Shown here: positions 41,411-52,706 of the stretch, piece after piece
Numbering within the stretch: the stretch's first letter is position 1
Layout: each line of letters opens with the position of its first letter
The notes under the pieces: model-generated
The model's input: the letters and a program-made list of their open reading frames with translations, nothing else
Databases searched by the model: none
What the model was told of the DNA's origin: nothing
From: an uncultured bacterium
Lineage (GTDB): Bacteria; Krumholzibacteriota; Krumholzibacteriia; JACNKJ01
Length of the DNA: 64,000 nucleotides
Assembly: GCA_963695095.1 (NCBI GenBank)
Contig: CAVOFT010000001.1
Coordinates: 1-64,000, forward strand
Reading direction: 5' to 3'
Program-made: the position numbers and the translations under genes

Positions 41411-41440
41411 CCCCCTCCCGTCCGCGGGAGGGGGTTTTTT
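41411..41440 (+). terminator. Rho-independent terminator
   Basis: CCCCCTCCCG-tccg-CGGGAGGGGG followed by TTTTTT. Confidence 0.9.
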
Positions 41441-41530
41441 CGCCTGCTGCCGCGGGTCCGCGCTGGACTCGCCTGGCCCGCAGCGGCGCCGCTGTGCTAG
41501 GCTCCCCGCCTGTCCACCGCGGAGGGCCGC

Positions 41531-41886
41531 ATGCGCTTCTTCAGCCCGCCCGATCCCTTTCGCCGCGCGGCCATGGGGGAAAGCACCTTTCACCCCCTGG
41601 GCCGGCTCGGCCCGGCCTATGTCGTCGCCGAAGAATCCCTGCGGCGGCGCCTGGCCACGGCCGCGCGCCTGCACTGGCTGGGCAACCTGGCCTGTCTCGG
41701 CTTCTTCCTTATCTGGCTGGCCAGCTATCGCGGCCCTGATCCGCTCATGTATGTCGCCCCGCCCCTGCTCGCCTTCGCCCTTGTCTGGCTGACCTACCGC
41801 CTGCGCCTGCGTGGGCTGCTGCGCGATGTCCCCCTGGCCTCCGATCGCCGGCAGGCCGGCGACGCACCCCCTCCCGGAGAGCGCCC

Positions 41887-41890
<4 letters not shown>
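41531..41890 (+). CDS. Hypothetical two-TM membrane protein
   Basis: Two hydrophobic segments; GTGA overlap with the ABC gene. Confidence 0.6.
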
Positions 41891-42816
<926 letters not shown>

Positions 42817-42818
42817 CC

Positions 42819-44054
42819 GTGGGCGCGCTCTGGAACCACATCCGCAAGGACCTCATTCGCCACCGCCGCGAGCCGCTCACCTTTCTCATCTGGCTGGGCA
42901 TTCCGCTCCTCATCGGCGCCCTCTTCACCCTGCTCTTCGGCAGCGACGAGGGCCCGCAGCCCTCGGCCCGCCTGCTCGTCGTCGACGAGGACCAGAGCCT
43001 CGTCAGCGGCCTGCTCGTGCGCGCCCTCAGCGAGGAGAACACCCGTGGTTTCATTCGCGCCGAGACGATCGTGGCCGAGGAGGGCCGCCGCTTGATGGCC
43101 GACGGCAAGGCCAGCGCCATGCTCACCCTGCCCAAGGGATTTTCCGCCGCCATCCTGCGCGAAGAGCCGCTGACCCTTCCCCTGCTCATCAATCCGGCCG
43201 AGCGCATTCGGCCCCTCCTCGTCAGGGAAGCGCTCGGCGTCCTCGTCGACGGCCACTTCTACCTGCACCGGCTGGTGGGCGAGGACCTGCGCTGGCTCGC
43301 CGGCCTGGAGCGGCCGCCCACGGACCTCGAGATCGCCGCCTTCAGCGGCCGCCTGCGCGCCCACTACGCGCGCCTGCAGGGCTCGATCAGTCCCCTCCTG
43401 ATCAGGGTGGCGAGCGAGCCGCCGCCCGCCGGCGGCCCGCCCGCCCCCGTGCAGTCCACGGCCCTGCTCTTCGTGCCCGGCCTCATCTTCATGGCCCTGC
43501 TCTTCATGGCCCAGGGCCTGGCCCGCGAATTCTGGGAAGAGGAGGGCCAGCACACCCTGCACCGCGCACTGATCACCCCCGGCGGCGCCTGGCCCTTCCT
43601 GCTCGGCAAGCTCCTGACGGCCTGGCTGCTCATGCTGGCGGTCGGCGCCATCTCCCTGTTGCTGGCCCTTCTCGTCTACGATCTGCCCCTGCGCGTCTTC
43701 CCGCCCGGCCTGCTCTGGTCGAGCATCGCCGGCGCCGGGCTGATGGCGGCCTTCACCCTGCTCTCCCTGGCCATGCCCAGCGCGCGGGCGGCGAACATGG
43801 TGGGGGTGGCCCTCGTCTTTCCGCTGATGATGCTCGGCGGCAGCTTCTTCCCCTTCGAGGCGATGCCGCCCTGGATGGTGCTCATCGGCAGCCTGACGCC
43901 CAACGGCTGGGCCCTGCAGGGCCTCAAGGCCATCCTCGAGGGTTCGTTCGCGCCGGCGGCGCTGGCCGGCGGCCTCCTCGCCATGCTCGCCGTCACGGCC
44001 GGGCTCACCCTGCTCAACACCCGGCGCCTGCGCGCCCGCTTCGGAAAGAGCTGA
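42819..44054 (+). CDS. ABC-2 exporter permease
   Basis: N-terminal TM, external domain, five C-terminal TMs; LGGSFFP, LTPNGWA. Confidence 0.88.
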   Translation: MGALWNHIRKDLIRHRREPLTFLIWLGIPLLIGALFTLLFGSDEGPQPSARLLVVDEDQSLVSGLLVRALSEENTRGFIRAETIVAEEGRRLMADGKASAMLTLPKGFSAAILREEPLTLPLLINPAERIRPLLVREALGVLVDGHFYLHRLVGEDLRWLAGLERPPTDLEIAAFSGRLRAHYARLQGSISPLLIRVASEPPPAGGPPAPVQSTALLFVPGLIFMALLFMAQGLAREFWEEEGQHTLHRALITPGGAWPFLLGKLLTAWLLMLAVGAISLLLALLVYDLPLRVFPPGLLWSSIAGAGLMAAFTLLSLAMPSARAANMVGVALVFPLMMLGGSFFPFEAMPPWMVLIGSLTPNGWALQGLKAILEGSFAPAALAGGLLAMLAVTAGLTLLNTRRLRARFGKS

Positions 44055-44056
44055 GC

Positions 44057-45197
44057 ATGCTGCGCCAGGCGCTCTACGTCGCTCGCAAGGATCTCAAGTT
44101 CCTCTTCCGCGCCCGGGAGACCTGGCTCTGGGCCTTCCTCATGCCCATCGTCTTCTTCTACTTCATCGGCACAGTCATGGGCGGCGGCAGCGGCGGCGGC
44201 AGCGGCAAGAGTCGCCTGGCCGTCTGGCGCGAGGCCGATGCCGGCCACCTGGCCGATCAGCTGGAGCTGCGCCTCATCGAGCAGGACTTCCTGATCCTGC
44301 ACCCGGCCGACGCCGACAGCTTCGCGGCCCTGCCGAGCCGCCTGCGCTTGCCCGCGGCCTTCAGCGATTCGCTGCTGGCCGGACGGCCGGTAACCCTGCT
44401 CCACGGCGACGACGGCGACGCCGAGGCGCGCGCCTATCGCCGCCTGCGCGTCTCGCGCGCGGCCTACGGCCTGCTCGCGGACCTCATCGTGACGGGCGAG
44501 GCCGGCGCCGCGCCCGACAGCGCCGGGCTCGCCGCCCTGGCCGCCATGCCGCGGGCGCTCAGCGTGCAGGTGGAGTCGGCCGGTGAGCGGATCGTGCCTC
44601 CCAGCGGCTTCGAGCAGGCGGTGCCGGGCATCATGGTGATGTTCACCGTGCTCATCCTCGGCACCAGCGGCGCCATCCTGCTCGTCATCGAGAGGCGGCA
44701 GGGCCTGCTGAGGCGACTGGCCTACGCGCCGCTTTCGCGCGGCAGCGTCGTGCTCGGCAAGTGGCTGGGCAAGCTGGCCCTCGGCCTCATCCAGATCGCC
44801 TTCGCCATCGCTGGCCGGCACCCTGCTCTTCAAGGTGCACTGGGGCGGGCAGCTGCCCGCCGTGCTCCTGCTCATGCTGAGCTACGCGGCCTTGATGGCC
44901 TCCCTCGGCATGCTGCTGGGCAGCAAGAGCCGCAGCGAGGGCCAGGCAGCCGTGCTGGGCGTCCTCTCCGCCAATCTGCTCGGCGCCCTGGGCGGCTGCT
45001 GGTGGCCCATCGAGATCACGCCGCCCTTCATGCAGAAGCTCGCGCTCTGCCTGCCCACCGGCTGGGCGATGGACGCCCTGCACAAGCTGATCAGCTTCGG
45101 CCGCGGACCGGAGAGCGTGCTGCCCCACATCGTGGGCATGGGCCTGCTCGCCACCCTGCTGCTGGCGCTCGCCGCACGCGTCTTCCGCTACGACTAG
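44057..45197 (+). CDS. ABC-2 exporter permease (frameshift near 44815)
   Basis: VPGIMVMF, IERRQGLLRRL, LGGCWWPIE, LPTGWAMD. Confidence 0.88.
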
Positions 45198-45937
45198 CCT
45201 GCCCCGCGCAGGAAGCCCGTGAGCACGGCTAGGGTCTCCTCGCTTCCCGTCCCCGCGAGGAAGCCGTAGTGGTCTGGCGATTCCAGGCAGGCATAGCGGG
45301 CACCCGGCAGCAGGGCCGCGGTCCGGCGCTGGAGCCCGGGCGGCGTCGAGCGATCCCCCTCGCCCGCCACCACGAGGCTCGCGAACCGTGGAACGGCGGC
45401 GAAGCGCACGCGGCTGGCGCCGCTGGAATCGAGCCAGGGCAGGGCGACGCTGCGGATCAAGCGCCGGCGCTCGGTCACGAGCTGGGCGTGGACGCGGCGG
45501 CGCAGGGTCTCGTCCTGGCGGTTCATGAAGAGGGTGGCATGGCGCGCTGCCGGCGGCTGCGCCCTGCCGCCGCCGAGCATCAGCGGCAGGAAGAACGCCG
45601 CGTTCGCAGCGCTGATCGCGCTCGATCCCGCCGGCGGAGCCGCGCCGAGCAGGGCCAGCTTGCGCAGCCAGGGGCACGCGGCGAGGCGCGCGGCAGCGAG
45701 CAGGCAGATCAGGCCGCCCAGCGAATGGCCGACGAGCGCCAGCTCCTCGCCGCCGGCTCCCACGGCCGCGGCCTCCGCACAGACGAAGTCCACATGCTCC
45801 GCCAGGCCGGCGCGACTCGTTCCCCGCCCCGGCAGCTCCAGCCCGCGCGCGGCCAGCCCCGCGCCGCGCAGGCTTTCCACCAGCTGCCCGGTGTGCCAGG
45901 ACGTGCAGAACATCCCATGCAGGACGAGGACGCGCAT
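45194..45937 (-). CDS. Alpha/beta hydrolase
   Basis: LHG, GHSLGG nucleophile elbow, GEGDRST, C-terminal His. Confidence 0.85.
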   Translation of the reverse strand: MRVLVLHGMFCTSWHTGQLVESLRGAGLAARGLELPGRGTSRAGLAEHVDFVCAEAAAVGAGGEELALVGHSLGGLICLLAAARLAACPWLRKLALLGAAPPAGSSAISAANAAFFLPLMLGGGRAQPPAARHATLFMNRQDETLRRRVHAQLVTERRRLIRSVALPWLDSSGASRVRFAAVPRFASLVVAGEGDRSTPPGLQRRTAALLPGARYACLESPDHYGFLAGTGSEETLAVLTGFLRGAG

Positions 45938-45968
45938 CAGTATCGCCCCGCTTCGGAGCGAGGGCGGT

Positions 45969-47312
45969 TCATATCTCGGCGCTGGCAGCGCTTGGCGCGG
46001 GAGCGGCGGTAGCCGGCAGCTCGACATCGGGCAAGTCCGTCTCGACGTGGCGCAGGGAGCGATTGAGATAGGCCAGCGCGGAGATCAGCGAGGTGAAGAG
46101 CCCCGACAGCAAGAACATGAGACCGATGCCGCGGCCGGGCCCCGTGCCCAGCAGGTGGCCCAGCTTGCCGGCCAGCGCACCGCCCTCGAGGAGCAAGGGC
46201 ACGAAGAGACGGTCGGCCAGCGGCCCCGAGATCAGGTAGGCCAGCGGCGCCGCCGCCATCGCCACCATGCCCCGCGTCGCGAAGACGCGGCCCTGGAGTC
46301 CCGCCGGCACCTTGCGCTGCCAGATCACCTGGCTCGATCCATTGACGATGGGCGCGCAGAACATGACGAGGAAGAAGCCCGCCGTGACCAGGGCCGTGCT
46401 GGGCCTCAGGCCCACGAGCGCGACCCCCAGGCCGAGCAGGATGAGGAAGCCGAGGACGCCGTGGATCTTGCGCCGCGGCCCGCCCCAGATGCTGAGCAGG
46501 AGGCTGCCGGCCAGCATGCCCAGGCCGGCCACGGAAAGCGTGCCGCCCAGGCGCGCCGCATCCGTGAAGCTGAGCAGCATGGGCACGGCCAGAGCGTTGA
46601 CCATGCCGAGCAGGAAGTTGAGGGCGGCGAAGAGCAGCAGCATGTCGCGCAGGCCGCGGCGCTCGGCGATGGCCGCCCACCCGGCGCGCGCTTCGCGCCA
46701 GAATCCAGGGCGGGCGCTGCCGGCCGCATCGGCGGCCGGTCGGGGAATGCGCACGGCAAGCAGGCTGGCCATGGCAACCAGGAAGCTGGCCAGGTCGATG
46801 AGCAGCACGCCGGTGACGCCGATCGCCAGCATCAACACGCCGGCCAGGAGCGGCGCCAGGATGCTCGCCGCCGCCTGGGCCATCTGGGCCAGTCCGCTGG
46901 CGCGGGCGTAGTGCGCGCGCGGCACGAGCAGGGTCACCGAGGCCTGCCAGGCCGGACCCTGGAAGGCGCCCAGGCTGGCGCCGAGCGCGCTGGCGACGAG
47001 AATGTGCCAGAGCGCCAGCGCCCCGCGCCAGTAGAGCAGGGCCAGCGCCGCCGTGCCCAGGGCGGCGCCGAGATCGCTGAGGATCATCACGCGGCGGCGA
47101 TCCCAGCGGTCCACCAGCACACCGGCCAGCGGCGAGACGAGCACCGCCGGCAAGGTGGCAGCGAGCGCGATCATCGCGAACTGGGTGGCCGAGCCGGTCT
47201 TCTGGTAGACCCAGACGCCGAGCGCGAAGCCGCTGAGGCCCGATCCCAGCATGGACAGGGCCTGCCCCGCCCAGATGACGAAGAAGCCGCGCATCCCGGA
47301 CTGGCGCAGCAT
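45969..47312 (-). CDS. MFS transporter (MefA/DHA3-like)
   Basis: WAGQALSMLGS, AGVLVDRWDRRRVMILSD, QGRVFA; about 12 TMs. Confidence 0.9.
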   Translation of the reverse strand: MLRQSGMRGFFVIWAGQALSMLGSGLSGFALGVWVYQKTGSATQFAMIALAATLPAVLVSPLAGVLVDRWDRRRVMILSDLGAALGTAALALLYWRGALALWHILVASALGASLGAFQGPAWQASVTLLVPRAHYARASGLAQMAQAAASILAPLLAGVLMLAIGVTGVLLIDLASFLVAMASLLAVRIPRPAADAAGSARPGFWREARAGWAAIAERRGLRDMLLLFAALNFLLGMVNALAVPMLLSFTDAARLGGTLSVAGLGMLAGSLLLSIWGGPRRKIHGVLGFLILLGLGVALVGLRPSTALVTAGFFLVMFCAPIVNGSSQVIWQRKVPAGLQGRVFATRGMVAMAAAPLAYLISGPLADRLFVPLLLEGGALAGKLGHLLGTGPGRGIGLMFLLSGLFTSLISALAYLNRSLRHVETDLPDVELPATAAPAPSAASAEI

Positions 47313-49367
47313 CTAGCGCAGCCAGATGCCGCTGAGCTCGAAGCGGCGCGCGGACTCGGGCTCCCAGAGAAAGAGGCTCAGCTCACGGATGGATGTGGTG
47401 TCCAGCACCTCATGCGGAATGGGAATGCGCAGATCGCGCAGCTCCCCGGGCGCGCAATGGATTTCCCAGGTCCAGCTGCTGGGATTGAGGATGCCGTCGC
47501 CCAGCTTGAGGTTGAGGCGCACGGGTTCGCCCTCGACGAGCCGCACGCGCACGCGCAGCTCGCGATAGGCGCTCCAGTCGGCGGGGGAGGCCAGGCGCCA
47601 GAGCTTGTGCTTGCCGGCATCGAGCGTGAAGGCGTAGAGGCCGTCGCCGGCAACGTCGCGTCCCGCCTTGCTGTTGCGCGCGCCGTGCCAGCCCTTGCCC
47701 GGCTGCTCCAGGTTGGTGACGGCGCGCTCGCTGCCGCTCCGCTCGGCGCCGAGGGCGGCCAGCGTCTGGAGCGCGCTCGCGGCCCTGGTCGCGTCGCCGG
47801 CCAGGGCCCAGCCCGCGGCCTGGCGCCAGGCGAGCAGGAAGCGCGGATCGCGTTCCCACTCCAGGCCTCCCCGCACGGGGAGACCCGCAAGCACCTGCCG
47901 CGCCAGCGGGTCCTGGGAGCCGCGCAGCAGGACGGCGTAGTCCACGTCGTCGAAGCCGTCGCGCAGCATCTTGAGACGGATGGAGGGCAGCGGTCCCTCG
48001 GGCCCGGGATAATAGAGGCTGCCGTTGCCGTTCTGGCGCGGGTAGACCATGGGGTCCCGCCAGGGATCGACGGTCCAGTAGTTGACGCACCAGAAGAGGA
48101 AGCCGCCGTAGCCGGCCGTCCAGACCGCCAGCGGCGATACGCGCGCCTCGATGCCGTCGACGTCCAGATGCAGGGCCGGCACGTCGCTGCCCGCATTGCC
48201 CGCGGTGTAGACCCAGAGATCGCCCGGCTGCCGTCGCTCGTCCTTGCTACGACGGCCGATCTCACGGGCGTGCATCTGCGCATCGCCGAGGCGGGGGCAC
48301 CAGATATCGACGTCCGGGTAGCCGTCGGCGGGCAGCATCGTGATGAGGTTCTTCAGATCGGGGGCCGCCCGGTGCACCATGCCCGTCAGCTCGGCCACCT
48401 CGGCGTAGCTCTCGTCGACGAGGTAGGTGTAGAAGCGGTCCAGCCAGCCCTTCTCGCGCAGATGATCGGCAAGGGCCCGCCAGTGCCCCTCGCTGTAGGC
48501 ATTCAGCTTGCGCGGGCCCTCGAGACCGAAGTGGGTCTGCCCGCGGGCCATCGCCCACTCGATCTTGGCATCCCAGGCGCTGAAGTCGGCGCGACGGAGC
48601 TGGCCGTCGTCACCGAGGGCGAGCTCGGGGCGGGTATGGACCTCATCGCCCCCCACATGCGTGGGCATGATCCGGTGCGCGAGCATGTCCTCGTGGTAGC
48701 GGCGGATCATGGCTTCCGCCGCGCTCGTGCCCCGCTCGAGCTTGTGCTGCTCGTAGAGATAGCGCACGCGCAGGAGGAAGGAGCTGGGCAGGCTGGGCGC
48801 GAGGGGCAGCTCGAAGTCCCAGATCTCGACCGCCAAGGGCAGGGTTTCGGCCCAGCCGGAGGCGCTGAGCTCGATGCTGCCCTGCCAGCGGCCGGCCTTG
48901 GCCGTGCGCGGCGCCTGGAGTTCGATCCAGATCGGCTGGGCGCGCCCCGCGGGCAGATCCACGCTGGCGGCCGCGAGCAGGGGATCCGGCCACTCGCCGA
49001 CGCGCAGAGTGCCGTAGTAGGGCTTCTTCGTGGTGACATAGCCGACGAAGTCGCAGCGAAGCGTGCCCGGCGCCCAGCGTTCGCCGGAGGCGTGCGTGAA
49101 CTCGCCACTCGCCACCCTCAGTCCCCTGAGCCCGCCGGCCGGGGCCAGCACGAGGAGCTGGATGGCCTCGCTCTCGCCGCGGGCGGCCGAGATCACAGGC
49201 TCGCTCTCATATTGCACGAGGAAACTCGGCAGGGGTGCGGCCGGCAGGGGCTTGGCCAGCGGACTCAGGAACCAGTGCGCGGGCTCGGCCGCCCGGGCCG
49301 GGCTCAGCGCGGCAGCGATCAGGCAGAGCGTAAGGGTCGACAGCGGCAGCGGACTCCGCATCGTCAT
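47313..49367 (-). CDS. Secreted DUF4091/GH123-like glycoside hydrolase domain protein
   Basis: AARGESEAIQL, WPDPLL, VEIWDFELP, YLVDE, GNGSLYYPG, PSIRLKMLRDGFDDVDY; CBM-like C-terminus. Confidence 0.82.
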   Translation of the reverse strand: MTMRSPLPLSTLTLCLIAAALSPARAAEPAHWFLSPLAKPLPAAPLPSFLVQYESEPVISAARGESEAIQLLVLAPAGGLRGLRVASGEFTHASGERWAPGTLRCDFVGYVTTKKPYYGTLRVGEWPDPLLAAASVDLPAGRAQPIWIELQAPRTAKAGRWQGSIELSASGWAETLPLAVEIWDFELPLAPSLPSSFLLRVRYLYEQHKLERGTSAAEAMIRRYHEDMLAHRIMPTHVGGDEVHTRPELALGDDGQLRRADFSAWDAKIEWAMARGQTHFGLEGPRKLNAYSEGHWRALADHLREKGWLDRFYTYLVDESYAEVAELTGMVHRAAPDLKNLITMLPADGYPDVDIWCPRLGDAQMHAREIGRRSKDERRQPGDLWVYTAGNAGSDVPALHLDVDGIEARVSPLAVWTAGYGGFLFWCVNYWTVDPWRDPMVYPRQNGNGSLYYPGPEGPLPSIRLKMLRDGFDDVDYAVLLRGSQDPLARQVLAGLPVRGGLEWERDPRFLLAWRQAAGWALAGDATRAASALQTLAALGAERSGSERAVTNLEQPGKGWHGARNSKAGRDVAGDGLYAFTLDAGKHKLWRLASPADWSAYRELRVRVRLVEGEPVRLNLKLGDGILNPSSWTWEIHCAPGELRDLRIPIPHEVLDTTSIRELSLFLWEPESARRFELSGIWLR

Positions 49368-49413
49368 GCGTGCTTCCTCTCTTGGCCAGCGGGGGCCCGC
49401 CGGTCGCTTCCCG

Positions 49414-49443
49414 TTGGCGCCGCGGCGCGAACGTTGCTATACT
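49414..49443 (+). promoter_or_regulatory. Sigma70 promoter with extended -10
   Basis: TTGGCG (49414-49419), 18 nt, TGcTATACT (-10 at 49438-49443). Confidence 0.65.
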
Positions 49444-49449
49444 TCTTCT

Positions 49450-49595
49450 GTCTCGAGTCCGGCGACGCTATCGGGAAATCCAACCCCGCTCCAAGCGCCT
49501 GTGGACGCTCGCAGTCAGCCGGCCCGAGATCTGGATCCTACCAGCGGGTCCACTTACCAGTGGAGAGAAATCCATCGTGACGCTGGAGGGTTTGC
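49450..49595 (+). ncRNA. ssrS: Probable 6S RNA
   Basis: Long rod with central bubble: TCCGGCG/CGCTGGA, ACG/CGT and GGA/TCC closing stem; bubble AATCCAACCCCG / GAAA; CTCCA/TGGAG and GTGGAC/GTCCAC apical stem. Has its own promoter and terminator and no credible ORF. Confidence 0.7.
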
Positions 49596-49624
49596 GAGGG
49601 GCCTCACTTGGCCCCTCTCTTTTT
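49596..49624 (+). terminator. Rho-independent terminator
   Basis: GAGGGGCC-tcactt-GGCCCCTC followed by TCTTTTT. Confidence 0.85.
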
Positions 49625-49653
49625 GATTGCCCTGCCGTGCCGGCCGTCGGCGG

Positions 49654-51127
49654 TCAGGCGCCGGCAAGCGCGGCCAGAGAAGCCCGCGCCTTGTGTCGGG
49701 CCTCCTCCCACTCCGCCTCCGGGTCGCTGTCGTAGACCACGGCGCCGCCTGCTCCCACCAGGGCTTGCCCGCCAACGATCTGGATCCCCCGGATGACGAT
49801 GCTCAGGTCGAGGCTGCCGTCGAAGCCGAGATAGCCCTGACAGCCTGAATACCAGCCGCGCACGCAGGGCTCGAGCCCTTCGAGGATCTGCAGCGCGGCG
49901 ATCTTCGGCGCGCCGGTCATCGAGCCGCCGGGAAAGGCGCTGGCGAGGAGATCGCAGCGGTCCTGCCCCGGCGCCAGCTCGCCCTCGATCGTGGAGACCA
50001 TCTGGAAGACGGCCGGGTGCGTTTCGATCGCGCAGAGCTCGCTCACATGCACCGAGCCCGGGATGCAGACGCGGTGCAGGTCGTTGCGCAGGAGATCCAC
50101 GATCATGATGTTCTCGGCGCGGTCCTTGGCGCTCGCGGCCAGCTCCGCGCGGAGCAGGGCATCCTCGGCATCATCCCGCCCCCGCGGGCGGGTGCCCTTG
50201 ATCGGCCGCGCCTCGACCCGGCCGCTCGGGCGTGACACGCAGGAAGCGCTCGGGGCTGGCGCCGACAAGAACGCCTTCGGGGTGGCGAAAGAAGCTGGCA
50301 TAGGGCGCGGGGTTCATCGCGCGCAGGCGGCGGTAGAGGGCCACCGGGTCCCCCGCGAAGGGCGCGGCGAAGCGGGTGGTGAGGCAGAGCTCGTAGGCCT
50401 CGCCGTCGAGGATGGCCTCCCGGCAGCGGGCCACCGCGGCCAGGTAGGCCCGATGCTCGAGCGAGGCGATGGGCTCCCGATCGACAGCTGCGGGCTCCGC
50501 GGCCGCTGCCCGGGCCGGCGGGTCCCCGTGCGGCGCTGCCTGCACCTCGAGCAAGGCTTGCACTTCCTCCGCAAGCAGGGCGGCGCGGGCGCGAGATTCG
50601 CGCCGAGCCGCGGCCTCACTTGGCCCGCGCGCGGTGGCGAGGGCGTAGGCCTCGCCGCTCTCGCGGTCCACCGCCAGCAGCCGCTCGTGGAAGTAGAGCG
50701 CGATGTCCGGCAAGCCGAGATCGTCCTCCGCAAGCGGATGCAGGGGCAGGAGCCGCCGGCCGAGTTCATGGGCGAAGAGTCCCAGCGCTCCGCCATGAAT
50801 GGGCAGCGCCGGATCGCTGTCGACGCGGGGAAAGGCGGCGAGGGTGCGGCGCAGGGCGGCGAGAGGTGGCTCGCGCCACGCGTGACTCACGCCGCGGCTG
50901 TGCCAGTGAAAGCGATTGGCGCCGGCCCGACTCACGAAGCGGGCCGTCGGGTGGCTGGCGAGCAGGGACCAGCGGCCGGGCGGCCCTGCGCTCTCGAGCA
51001 GGGTCAGGGCGCCGCCGCCCGCGCGCTCCATCAGATGGCCGAGAGCGGCCGGATCCAGGCGGCGATCCAGGCGCAGGCTGGCCGCGGTAGCACGATCGGT
51101 TGCGGGCGCAGGTGGGCGGGGAATCAT
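49654..51127 (-). CDS. pabB: Aminodeoxychorismate synthase component I (frameshift near 50230)
   Basis: LLES, GEAYELCLT, NPAPYAS, ASPERFL, PIKGTRPR, KDRAENIMIVDLLRNDL, FPGGSMTGAPK. Confidence 0.88.
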
Positions 51128-51174
51128 GACCTGGGTCTATCACCTTTGCCGAGATCGAGGCCAGAGGCAGGGAG

Positions 51175-51205
51175 AAAAGGGGGCGGGTCCGGGACCCGCC
51201 CCCCT
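51175..51205 (-). terminator. Rho-independent terminator (minus strand)
   Basis: GGGGGCGGGTCC / GGACCCGCCCCC stem with AAAA on the plus-strand 5' side. Confidence 0.75.
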
Positions 51206-51269
51206 GCGTCGCTCTCTCTCGTCTCGATACTACCCAGCAGGAGGGAATCGCACCGGGTTCGGGAATCGC

Positions 51270-51368
51270 CTAGATGGCATGCTCGATGAGCCAGAAGAGG
51301 ATCGTGAAGACCGAAGCGACCAAACTGAAGATTGCTCGCAGGAGGCCGCCAACGAATCCAAGTACCAT
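51270..51368 (-). CDS. 32-aa hydrophobic small protein
   Basis: MVLGFVGGLLRAIFSLVASVFTILFWLIEHAI with RBS GGAGG 7 nt upstream and a terminator downstream. Confidence 0.55.
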   Translation of the reverse strand: MVLGFVGGLLRAIFSLVASVFTILFWLIEHAI

Positions 51369-51507
51369 CTTCCGTCCTCCGGATGTGGGCTCTACGGGTC
51401 GGACAGGATTGAGTTCCCCAGGGTTGCGGCTCGAGGCGAGTTTTACCGGATTTACAAGTGTGCCGCCGACGATTGCATAAATGATGATCTTCCCTGCGAC
51501 CGCTCGC

Positions 51508-52299
51508 TCATTCGTTGGGCGGCGGCCCCTCGCCCAGGCGGGCCAGGCCGCTCCGGAAGGCCTGCTGGACAGCGGCCGCATCCGGGCGCAGTTCCTCGCC
51601 CTGCACTCGGGCGAGGCCGGCCAGGGCCTCGTGGTCGCCCTGGGCGGCGAAGAAGGCCTGGGCCTCCTGGATGAGGAGATTTCGGGACGGATAGGCGGGA
51701 AATTCGAGGGCCCGGCGGTAGGCGGGCCCGGCCTCGCTCGGCCGGCCCAGGTCCCGAAGGCAGCGGGCCTGGAGATGGTGCCATTCGGCGTAACGGCTCA
51801 GGCCGGGGCGGGCCTCGCCGAGATGCTCCAGGGCACGGGCGCTGCGACCGTCGAGCAGGGCCACCATGGCGGCGAGATACTGCAGCCCCTCGTCGTCGGG
51901 GCTCTGCCGGAGGGCGGGTTCCAGCGCCTCCCAGGCCCGCGCGCCCTGGCGCGCGCCCAGCAGGCTCAGGGTGCGGGCGACCGCTTCCCCGTTGGCTCGC
52001 CGCGGGTGGTTGTAGGCCATCCAGAAGACGATCATGCCGACCAGCCCGAGGACTGATGCCATGCGCACCGACACCAGCCAGAGCAGGAAGGCCGCCCCGA
52101 GCAGGATGAAGAAGAGGCAGCCCCAGGGCGTCCGCCCGCTGGGGACGAGCAGGCCGATCGGCCAGCTCTCCGGCGGTCCGGCCTCGGTGAGCGTCAGCGG
52201 CACGCCATCTGGCCCGCCGCTGACGGGTGGCATCGCGGCCAGGGGTCGGCGCAGGAGGCCGGGGGCAATCGGGCGGGCGCGGGGCGCGCGGCCTGCCAC
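51508..52299 (-). CDS. Membrane protein with TPR-like repeats
   Basis: Two TMs, then helical repeats (ARCLRDLGRPSEAGPAYRRALE). Confidence 0.65.
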   Translation of the reverse strand: MAGRAPRARPIAPGLLRRPLAAMPPVSGGPDGVPLTLTEAGPPESWPIGLLVPSGRTPWGCLFFILLGAAFLLWLVSVRMASVLGLVGMIVFWMAYNHPRRANGEAVARTLSLLGARQGARAWEALEPALRQSPDDEGLQYLAAMVALLDGRSARALEHLGEARPGLSRYAEWHHLQARCLRDLGRPSEAGPAYRRALEFPAYPSRNLLIQEAQAFFAAQGDHEALAGLARVQGEELRPDAAAVQQAFRSGLARLGEGPPPNE

Positions 52300-52301
52300 C
52301 G

Positions 52302-52706
52302 CTACCAGTCCAGGGGCAGCAGGCGGGGAACGCGGCCGCGGACAAGGAAGGTGAGGAGCAGGGTGAGGCCGGCCAGTCCGTACCAGACAGAGCGCGGGGC
52401 CTGGAAAACCCCCGCCAGCTGGCGGCCGGAGAGCGCCCGGGGCAATTCGAGGCGGAGCGAGAAATCCACGCCGGCCATGGCGAGCAGGGCGACGGCGGTG
52501 GCGACGGCCAGAGGCAGCGCGATATAGAGGGCGAGTCGCCAGTAATCGTTCAAACGCGAGAGGGGTCGGGCCGGCGCCGGCGCCGGGTAGCGGGCGAGCA
52601 GAGCGGCGCGCCAGGCGCTCGGGTGAGCGGAGGCCACGGCCGGCGCGCCGGCGTAGAGGCGCTCGTCGGCCAGGTGTTCACGCAGGTTGCGCAGATCCTC
52701 AGGCAT
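52302..52706 (-). CDS. Putative anti-sigma membrane protein
   Basis: Overlaps the sigma stop; two TM segments. Confidence 0.6.
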   Translation of the reverse strand: MPEDLRNLREHLADERLYAGAPAVASAHPSAWRAALLARYPAPAPARPLSRLNDYWRLALYIALPLAVATAVALLAMAGVDFSLRLELPRALSGRQLAGVFQAPRSVWYGLAGLTLLLTFLVRGRVPRLLPLDW

